Part shown: piece after piece, positions 57,240 to 64,000 of the stretch
How positions within the stretch are numbered: the first letter of the stretch is position 1
Layout: each line of letters begins with the position of its first letter
From: Deltaproteobacteria bacterium
GTDB lineage: Bacteria > Desulfobacterota > Syntrophia > Syntrophales > Smithellaceae
Length of the DNA stretch: 64,000 bases
Reading direction: 5' to 3'
Assembly: GCA_022703375.1 (NCBI GenBank)
Contig: JAKLDS010000002.1
Span: 20,022-84,021, forward strand
Position numbers and translations under genes: made by a program
The notes under the pieces: generated by a model
What the model saw: the letters and a program-made list of their open reading frames with translations, nothing else
The model's database searches: none
What the model was told of the DNA's origin: nothing

Positions 57240-58442
57240 ATGTTGAAAAAAGCATTATTGACGTTTGTTTTTGTTTTACTCAGTGCCAGTCTTGTTTTTG
57301 CGGCTGGTCCGTTTAAAGATGGTGTTTCCGACGATACCATCAAAGTCGGTGTTTTTCTGGCAAGATCAGGCCCGGTTGCCGGAATTGGTTTGAATGTGGA
57401 AAAAGGCTATGTGGCGGCCATCAATGATATCAATAAAAAAGGCGGCGTCCATGGCCGGAAGATTGAAGTAGTATTTGCCGATGATGGATTCAACCCCGCC
57501 AAAACCACTGTTGAAGTAAAGAGAATGGTGGAAAGCGACGGCGTATTTGCCGTTTATGGTCTGGGCACACCCGGTATTCTGGCGGTTATGGATTATTTAA
57601 ATGAAAAGGGAGTCCCCTTTGTCGGCCCCAGCGGCGGCGGCAATAAATTGAGCAATCCTCCGAAGAAATATGTTTTCCCCTTCCAGCCTAATAATTTACT
57701 GGAATCGAATGTTTGGGCTACCTATTTAGTGGAACGCAAGAAAGCCAAGAGAATCGCCATCGTGTACCGCAACGTGGAAGACGGCATTGATTCCTACAAC
57801 GGATTGGCGAATTCTTTGAAAAAATACAACCAGACACTGGTTGCCGCCATCCCGGTGAAACCGACCGACACCGATTTCTCCACTATCTTGCCACAGTTGA
57901 TTGCGGCTAAACCGGATGCGGTTGTTTTTCATCTGTTCATTCCCCAGTCATCTAACTTTGTCAAACAGGCAAAGCAGTTCGGTTTGAAAGATATCACATA
58001 CTTAACAAACTATGCCAACCCCGATCCGGTTTACGTAAAGCTGGCTGGCGAGGCTTCCGATGGCGTCGAAGCGACAGCCTGGGCTGTTGCCGATATCTTT
58101 AATGTGAACGACCCATTTACAAAAATATTCCGCGAGACCTATCCCAAGGAAATGCCGACGGCTTACGCCGCTGGTGGCTTTGTCGCCGCGGAGCTTCTGA
58201 TTCTTGGTTTGCAGAAGGCCGGTAAAAACCTCACTCGCGAATCTTTTGTTACCGCGATGGAGAGCCTGAACAAGGTGTCGGCAGTAGTAGCGAACGAAGT
58301 GACCTACAAGAAACTGGATTTAAGCGACCCCACCTGCCGTTTTGGTAAAAACAGCATGTATGTTTTGAAAGTGCAAAAGGGTCAGTTTGTCGCTCCTCCG
58401 GGACAGACAGCTGACAATATGTGGATCTATTACAAAAAATAA
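57240..58442 (+). CDS. ABC transporter substrate-binding protein (Leu/Ile/Val-binding protein family)
   Basis: 400 aa. Signal peptide, and IKVGVFLARSGPVAGIG typical of the LivK-like family. GAGGAGGAG RBS. Confidence 0.85.
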   Translation: MLKKALLTFVFVLLSASLVFAAGPFKDGVSDDTIKVGVFLARSGPVAGIGLNVEKGYVAAINDINKKGGVHGRKIEVVFADDGFNPAKTTVEVKRMVESDGVFAVYGLGTPGILAVMDYLNEKGVPFVGPSGGGNKLSNPPKKYVFPFQPNNLLESNVWATYLVERKKAKRIAIVYRNVEDGIDSYNGLANSLKKYNQTLVAAIPVKPTDTDFSTILPQLIAAKPDAVVFHLFIPQSSNFVKQAKQFGLKDITYLTNYANPDPVYVKLAGEASDGVEATAWAVADIFNVNDPFTKIFRETYPKEMPTAYAAGGFVAAELLILGLQKAGKNLTRESFVTAMESLNKVSAVVANEVTYKKLDLSDPTCRFGKNSMYVLKVQKGQFVAPPGQTADNMWIYYKK

Positions 58443-58473
58443 CAAGGTAGAAATGTAGTTATTACAAAAAAGC

Positions 58474-58511
58474 AATCAGCGATCAGCCTGAGAAAAGGCT
58501 GGTCGCTGATT
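58474..58511 (+). other. stem-loop after the substrate-binding protein gene
   Basis: AATCAGCGATCAGCC pairs with GGCTGGTCGCTGATT (14 of 15 bp), loop TGAGAAAA. Confidence 0.65.
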
Positions 58512-58571
58512 GGATAACCTGATTTACGATACACCAGAATAATCATAAAATCTGCCGATTAAGGTGTCTAT

Positions 58572-59321
58572 ATGCTGCAAATAAAAGATGTGACCGTAAA
58601 GTTCGGCGGCCTCACCGCTGTAAAAAATATGAATTTCGAAGTAAAGAAAAATGAAATTCATTCTTTAATTGGGCCCAACGGCGCCGGCAAAACGACAGTT
58701 TTCAACGCTATTACGGGAGTAGTTGATACGGCGGCAGGCGATGTTCTGCTCAACGGTAAATCACTGATTTCCCTCAATACCAACCAGATGATTTATCAGG
58801 GATTGGCCAGGACTTTTCAGAATCTGCAGCTTTTCCGTTTCATGAGCGTTTATGAAAATATTTATGCCGGCTATGTCCATAATTATAAAAAATCATTTAT
58901 TTCCGTCTTCTTTAAACAAAATGCGTCTTTCGATCAGGGTGAAGCTTTTGCCAGAGTAATGGAAGTTGCCGACATGATGCATATTCGCGAACGTCTCGGA
59001 AGTTTTCCTGATCAATTACCATATGGCATATTAAAAAGAGTGGAACTAGCACGCGCCATGGCTTCCGACCCTCAGCTGATATTATTTGACGAACCGGCGG
59101 CCGGCTTGACCAACGAAGAAACAAAAGAAGTAATAGACGTAATCAAATTACTGCAAAATAAAGGCAAGACAATTTTACTGGTGGAGCATGATATGAATCT
59201 GGTCATGAAGGTTTCCGATAGAATCACGGTCATGAATTTCGGAGAAAAGATTGCCGAAGGAACGCCGCAGGAAGTGGCCAACAACCCGGAAGTCATTAAG
59301 GTCTATCTGGGCTCCCACTAG
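58572..59321 (+). CDS. ABC transporter ATP-binding protein (LivG-like)
   Basis: 249 aa. GPNGAGKTT Walker A and LFDEPAAGL Walker B. Confidence 0.9.
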   Translation: MLQIKDVTVKFGGLTAVKNMNFEVKKNEIHSLIGPNGAGKTTVFNAITGVVDTAAGDVLLNGKSLISLNTNQMIYQGLARTFQNLQLFRFMSVYENIYAGYVHNYKKSFISVFFKQNASFDQGEAFARVMEVADMMHIRERLGSFPDQLPYGILKRVELARAMASDPQLILFDEPAAGLTNEETKEVIDVIKLLQNKGKTILLVEHDMNLVMKVSDRITVMNFGEKIAEGTPQEVANNPEVIKVYLGSH

Positions 59322-59375
59322 CTTGGAAGAATATACTTGGATATGGTTAAAAATGCTTTAAATGGAGATAAAAAA

Positions 59376-60098
59376 ATGCTGGAAGTGCAAAATCTCGTTG
59401 TCAAATATGGCGCCGTGCAGGCCGTAAAGGGGAATTCTTTTGCCGTGCGAGAAGGAGAAATTGTTTCCATTCTTGGAGCCAACGGAGCCGGTAAATCATC
59501 CACCCTTTTTGGTGTGGCGGGGATGATTGACACCAGGGGTAAACTTTTTTCCAAAGATGTGGTGGAAGGAAAAATTGTTTTCCAGGGGCAGGATATAAGC
59601 GATTACTCCAACAGCAAGAGGGTGAAAATGGGCCTTATCCTTTGTCCTGAGGGCAGAAGAAATTTCCCGGAACTGACCATTAAGGAAAATCTGAAGATGG
59701 GTGCTTACTGCCGTGGCGATTTCAACAAAAAAATTGATTTTGTCTACAGCCTGTTCCCCCGTTTAAAAGAGAGACAGATACAGCTTGCTAATTCGCTTTC
59801 CGGCGGTGAACAGCAGATGCTGGCGATCGGCCGTTCCCTGATGAGCGATCCGGTGATGCTGATGCTGGATGAACCGTCGCTGGGTTTATCACCGGTTTTG
59901 ATTGATGAAGTCTTTGCCGTTTTAGTTAAACTCAAAGAAAAGGGCATTCCGATCTTGCTGGTGGAACAAAATGCCATCCGTTCCCTAAAAATCAGCGACC
60001 GCGCGTATATTCTGGAAACCGGCAAAATAGTCCATGAAGACAAGGCACAAACAATATTAAATGATGAAAAATTGAAAAAAGCATATCTTGGTCTATAA
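59376..60098 (+). CDS. ABC transporter ATP-binding protein (LivF-like)
   Basis: ORF from 59337; the ATG at 59376 gives the typical MLEVQNLVVKYG N-terminus. GANGAGKSS and the LSGGEQQMLAIGRSL signature. Confidence 0.88.
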   Translation: MLEVQNLVVKYGAVQAVKGNSFAVREGEIVSILGANGAGKSSTLFGVAGMIDTRGKLFSKDVVEGKIVFQGQDISDYSNSKRVKMGLILCPEGRRNFPELTIKENLKMGAYCRGDFNKKIDFVYSLFPRLKERQIQLANSLSGGEQQMLAIGRSLMSDPVMLMLDEPSLGLSPVLIDEVFAVLVKLKEKGIPILLVEQNAIRSLKISDRAYILETGKIVHEDKAQTILNDEKLKKAYLGL

Positions 60099-60114
60099 AG
60101 TTGGAGGAATAGCA

Positions 60115-60999
60115 ATGTTATTAATTATACAAGGCATCTTATCAGGCATCCCGGCGGGCGTTACTTATGGCTTAATGGGATTTTCCATTGCGCTTATTTT
60201 CCGGACAACAGGTGTTATGAATTTCGCCATCGGCCATTGCGGCATGATGGGTGTGTTTTTCGGCTGGATGATTCTGGGTTTTACCAACAGTTTACCTCTG
60301 GCTATTTTATCAGGCGTAGTTTTCGGCTGGATTCTGGGTGTTGTCATTGAAAGATTCCTGATGCGTCCGATCAACAATATGTCCCACGGCGGCATGTTAA
60401 TTATAACTTTAGGCCTGCTTTTTATCTTTACTGATGCTGCTATGTTGATCTGGGGTACCGAAGCTTATCCTTTCCCGGAAATCTATGCGGGAGCGCCGCT
60501 GATATTTAATACCAGCGCTCAGCCGATTATTATTTCCGCCAATGATGTCGCTCTTACCATAGTCGGTTTGGTTCTGTCAGTCATTCTGGCTTTGATTTTG
60601 GGCTATACAAAAATAGGTATTGCGAGCCGCGCCCGTGCTCAGGATGTAATCGGAGCCAGGGTGGTGGGTATCAACACAGACAGAATTGATATGATTGCCT
60701 GGTCGGCCGGAATTGCCATTGCGGTAATAGTAGGTTTTCTGGTGGCGCCGAAAGAGTCAGTGCAGCCCAACATGCTGTTGAACCTGCTAATTTTTGGACT
60801 GGTGGCATGCGTCCTGGGCGGCTTTGGCAGCCCCTTTGGCGCTATTGCCGGCGGCCTGGTTTTAGGGGTTCTGGAAAAAGTCGCTACCGTGTTTGTCCCG
60901 GTGGATTATCGCCTGGCCATAATATTGTTTATAGTAATTGCCGTGTTGGTTTTAAAACCGTCAGGGATATTTGCCAAACATGTTAAAACTAGAGCATAG
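60115..60999 (+). CDS. branched-chain-amino-acid-type ABC permease (LivH-like)
   Basis: ORF from 60088; the ATG at 60115 lies 6 nt after GGAGGA. Polytopic. Confidence 0.85.
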   Translation: MLLIIQGILSGIPAGVTYGLMGFSIALIFRTTGVMNFAIGHCGMMGVFFGWMILGFTNSLPLAILSGVVFGWILGVVIERFLMRPINNMSHGGMLIITLGLLFIFTDAAMLIWGTEAYPFPEIYAGAPLIFNTSAQPIIISANDVALTIVGLVLSVILALILGYTKIGIASRARAQDVIGARVVGINTDRIDMIAWSAGIAIAVIVGFLVAPKESVQPNMLLNLLIFGLVACVLGGFGSPFGAIAGGLVLGVLEKVATVFVPVDYRLAIILFIVIAVLVLKPSGIFAKHVKTRA

Positions 61000-61014
61000 A
61001 GGGGAGATAAAGCA

Positions 61015-62736
61015 GTGAAGAATGTTATCAAAGCCGCCATTCTGGCAATAGTAGTGGGTTTTGTTTTCATGGATAAGCCTTTTGTCCTGTTGGTTTTTTC
61101 CACTATTGCAATTATGAGCATTGCCGCACTGGGACTTAATATACTTTCCGGATATGCGGGTGTGGTTTCCATCGGCCACGCCGCCTTCATGTTGATTGGC
61201 GCTTACACGAGCGCCATGATGAGTATTCATTTACATACTCCGTTTGCCGTCAATGTAATTACTGGAGCAATATTATCAGCGATTTTTTCCCTGGTTTTCG
61301 GCGTGCCCGCCCTGCGGCTGGCCGGATTTTATCTGGCTATTGCCACCCTCGCGATGATGGAGGCGCTGGTGCAGTTTACTTACGCCTCGGAATTTTTAGG
61401 GGCTGCTCAGGGTATCAAAAACATTCCACGGTTATTTCAATCGGAGCTGGCTGTTTATGCTTTAAATGCGGCAGCCTTGATTGGTATTTCCTATCTGATT
61501 AACTTAATGATCAAGTCGCCGGTCGGCGTTAAATTTAAAATGCTGCGCGACAGTGAAATGGCGTCCAGCGCCTATGGTGTCAACGTTTCAGTTACCAAGA
61601 TTCAGGCCTTTGTTGTCAGTGCGGTTTTATGCAGTATTGCCGGTTCGTTATATGCTCATACCATCGGTTACATTGGCCCGGAAGATTTTGGCCTCTTTCC
61701 CTCGGTTATGCTGCTGGCGATGATTTTAATCGGAGGCATGGCTACTGTTTCCGGCGGTGTCATTGGCGCCGCGATTATCACAGGCTTGCCGTTTTTCTTC
61801 TCGCGCGGCAAAATTCCCATGTCTCTTATTGTTGGTGTCGCATTGATTTTCTTCGTTCTTTTTTCACCGGCGGGGCTTGTGTACCGCATCAGTGTTATCT
61901 ATGGGAAATATCTGCAGAGGCCATACATCTGGCTGATCCGCGTAATTCTCAAAATGCTTAAGCCGACCGGAAAATTTGTTACAGTCAACGGCGTTAAAAT
62001 GCATTATGTCGAGCATGGTGAAGGCCAGCCGGTTATCATGATTCATGGGAATCTCGCCCACCACAAGTGGTATCAGAAGGTATGGGATCTGCAGGGTTAC
62101 AAGACCTACGCAATTGATCTGCCGAACCATATGTGGTCGGAATGGACGGAATCGGTCAGTATTGAAAAGTACGCTGATTTTGTCAAAGGTTTTATGGCTG
62201 AGCTGGGAATAAGCAAGGCGATAATTGTCGGTCATTCTCTGGGCGGCGCGGTCGCCATGAATCTGGCGGTGAAATACCCTGATGCCGTAGATAAGCTTGT
62301 TCTTCTTGCCGCCGGACCTCCTACCGGAATTCAATCGGCGCCGGAGCGCTATCCTGTTTATGAGCGTTTGAAAACGGATAAGAACATGCTGAAAATGTTT
62401 ATGAAGGCCGTAGCGCCCGGTTTAAAAGACATGCTGCTGATGGATAAGCTGGTCAACTATGTTTTTCTGCAAAACCCCATGGTTTATATTGCCCATGCCG
62501 ATGAAGTGGGAAAATTCAATATTACGAATATCAAATCGCAGTACAAGAATCCCTACATCTTCCTGCTGGGAGACAAGGATATCGCCATATCAAAAAACAT
62601 GGCGGAAGCGACACTGGCCTACCTGGGAAGTAACGGCAAGTTGATTATGCATGAAGGTATCGGCCATGCCCTGATTATGGAAAATCCGGAACTGTTTAAG
62701 AAGGAGTTTTACGCCTTTGCCAATCAGAGTATTTAG
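61015..62736 (+). CDS. LivM-like ABC permease fused to a C-terminal alpha/beta hydrolase domain
   Basis: 573-aa single ORF with a GTG start 8 nt after GGGGAG. Residues 1 to approximately 310 are a polytopic LivM-like permease. Residues approximately 325-573 carry HGNLAHH, the GHSLGG nucleophile elbow, and a GIGHAL His motif. Confidence 0.8.
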   Translation: MKNVIKAAILAIVVGFVFMDKPFVLLVFSTIAIMSIAALGLNILSGYAGVVSIGHAAFMLIGAYTSAMMSIHLHTPFAVNVITGAILSAIFSLVFGVPALRLAGFYLAIATLAMMEALVQFTYASEFLGAAQGIKNIPRLFQSELAVYALNAAALIGISYLINLMIKSPVGVKFKMLRDSEMASSAYGVNVSVTKIQAFVVSAVLCSIAGSLYAHTIGYIGPEDFGLFPSVMLLAMILIGGMATVSGGVIGAAIITGLPFFFSRGKIPMSLIVGVALIFFVLFSPAGLVYRISVIYGKYLQRPYIWLIRVILKMLKPTGKFVTVNGVKMHYVEHGEGQPVIMIHGNLAHHKWYQKVWDLQGYKTYAIDLPNHMWSEWTESVSIEKYADFVKGFMAELGISKAIIVGHSLGGAVAMNLAVKYPDAVDKLVLLAAGPPTGIQSAPERYPVYERLKTDKNMLKMFMKAVAPGLKDMLLMDKLVNYVFLQNPMVYIAHADEVGKFNITNIKSQYKNPYIFLLGDKDIAISKNMAEATLAYLGSNGKLIMHEGIGHALIMENPELFKKEFYAFANQSI

Positions 62737-62868
62737 CAGATTGCCAAGGTGGTCAAAAAATAAATTTAGTTAAGTTAAATATTAAAGTTTTGTTTTTAGT
62801 TGAAAAGGATAGGTGTTCATGTTAGTTATGAACATAATTTTTAAATTATTTTAAACGGAGGGAAGACA

Positions 62869-64000
62869 ATGCTAAAAAGTAAGTTGGGGAAAATTGTTGT
62901 TTTATGCATTCTTGCACTGTGCTTATCTGTACCTGTTTTTGCTGCAGAAAAGCCGATCAAAGTAGCTTTGATAGCTTCGACCAGCGGAGCATTGGAGCAG
63001 TACGGTAAACAGACAGTTGTTGGCTTTATGATGGGTTTGGAGTACCTGACCAACGGCACCATGAAAGTATTGGGTCGCCCGATTGAAGTCTTACAAAGAG
63101 ATGACCAGTTACAGCCGGCTTTGTCCAAGCAGCTGCTTATTGCGGCATATAAAGATGATAAAGTGGACATCGCAGTTGGTCCGACATCATCAGCAGCCGG
63201 AATGGCTCTTCTGGATGTACCGAAGGAATTCAAGAAGATATTGATTGTCGAACCGGCGGTTACCGATGAAATTACCGGTCCCAAAGGCAACGATTACATA
63301 TTCAAGACCGCGCGGAACTCTTCACAGGACGCGATAGCCAATGCCGTCGCGATTGCCGGCCCCGATGTTTATATTGCCACATTAGCTCAGGACTATACCT
63401 TCGGCCATGCTTTTGTTGCTTCGTTTGAGAAAGCCTGCAATGCCAAGGGTGCCAAAATTGTCCATAAAGAATTTTTACCCACCACCACCCAGGATTTTAC
63501 ACCTGCCGCACTGAGAATCATTGATGCTCTGAAAGACAAACCCGGTAAAAAGTATGTATTCATGAACTGGGCGGGTAAAGGCAGCCCTTTGAACAAGATG
63601 AAGGACATGCAGGTTGACACAAAATACGGTATCGGACTGACCACCGGCGGCAATATTATTCCCGTTCTGAAAGCTTACAAGGCTTTTCCGGGGATGACCG
63701 GCGCCGGTTACTATTATCACACCAACCCGAAGAACAAGATGAATGACTGGTTTGTCAGCGAACACAAGAAACGTTACAACAATATGCCGCCCGACTTCTT
63801 CACCTGTGGCGGATTTGCTGCGGCAGCCGCGATGATTGCCGGCATTAATAAAGCCAAGTCGGTTGATTCGGAAAAGCTGAAGGCCGCCATGTCCGGTATG
63901 CATTTCCAGACACCGAAGGGCGAAATGGTATTCCGTAAATCGGATCAGCAGGCCCTGCAGTCCATGTTCGTTTTCAAGTTAAGGAATGAAGACGGTGTTG
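62869..64000 (+). CDS. second ABC substrate-binding protein (Leu/Ile/Val-binding family), 3'-truncated by window edge
   Basis: ATG 62869 after GGAGGG gives MLKSKLGKIVVLCILALCLSVPVFAAEKPIKVALIASTSGALEQYGK... The frame is open to position 64000, so it is not in the ORF track. Confidence 0.8.
   Translation, partial: MLKSKLGKIVVLCILALCLSVPVFAAEKPIKVALIASTSGALEQYGKQTVVGFMMGLEYLTNGTMKVLGRPIEVLQRDDQLQPALSKQLLIAAYKDDKVDIAVGPTSSAAGMALLDVPKEFKKILIVEPAVTDEITGPKGNDYIFKTARNSSQDAIANAVAIAGPDVYIATLAQDYTFGHAFVASFEKACNAKGAKIVHKEFLPTTTQDFTPAALRIIDALKDKPGKKYVFMNWAGKGSPLNKMKDMQVDTKYGIGLTTGGNIIPVLKAYKAFPGMTGAGYYYHTNPKNKMNDWFVSEHKKRYNNMPPDFFTCGGFAAAAAMIAGINKAKSVDSEKLKAAMSGMHFQTPKGEMVFRKSDQQALQSMFVFKLRNEDGV

Noticed and set aside
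1-64000. Transposases, integrases, prophage genes, toxin-antitoxin pairs, cas genes, restriction-modification genes
   Set aside because: I looked for these in all ORFs of 60 aa or more on both strands. None showed the characteristic motifs (DDE, Tyr-recombinase RHRY context, PIN/HEPN/RelE, or methyltransferase motifs other than prmC).

Overview
All protein calls come from motif recognition and ORF context only; no database search was possible. This is a 64-kb chromosomal window with no rRNA, CRISPR array, transposase or integrase. Gene content suggests an anaerobic Desulfobacterota/deltaproteobacterium-like organism: BcrA/HgdC-type activase, 2-hydroxyacyl-CoA dehydratase-like subunits, ADP-forming acetyl-CoA synthetase and many sigma-54 elements. 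That taxonomic guess is low confidence. Left to right: (1) the tail of a lipid or aryl-polyene-like biosynthetic cluster (FAD oxidoreductase fragment, lipoprotein, LolA-like protein, FabG, hotdog dehydratase, divergent AMP-ligase). (2) A complete trpE-G-D-C-F-B-A operon with promoter, a WWW leader peptide and tandem attenuator hairpins; the operon is interrupted by three intergenic repeat elements. (3) A small AT-flanked two-gene cassette (SLOG/DprA-like protein plus DUF1848-like protein with a C-terminal CX3CX2C motif). (4) prmC-murA-hisD and tRNA-Thr(CGT). (5) Acyl-CoA and acetate metabolism genes (activase, PTA_PTB enzyme, sigma-54-driven ADP-forming acetyl-CoA synthetase plus DRTGG protein), an EF-hand protein, hydrolases and membrane proteins. 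(6) A porin, then hflX bracketed by two copies of a roughly 260-bp nested-palindrome repeat, then a 5'-nucleotidase. (7) A SpoIID-like gene without a signal peptide, apparently in one operon with two 2-hydroxyacyl-CoA dehydratase-like subunits. (8) A MinD/ParA-like ATPase plus a J-like/RodZ-HTH protein. (9) A roughly 23-kb catabolic and transport island linked to sigma-54. It holds three free alpha/beta hydrolases, an acyl-CoA ligase, a TRAP transporter, a CoA-transferase, an MCP with a C-terminal Cache domain, a sigma-54 activator, a thiolase-like enzyme, an SDR, and a Liv-type ABC system whose LivM permease is fused to an alpha/beta hydrolase. Four families of intergenic repeats are described.
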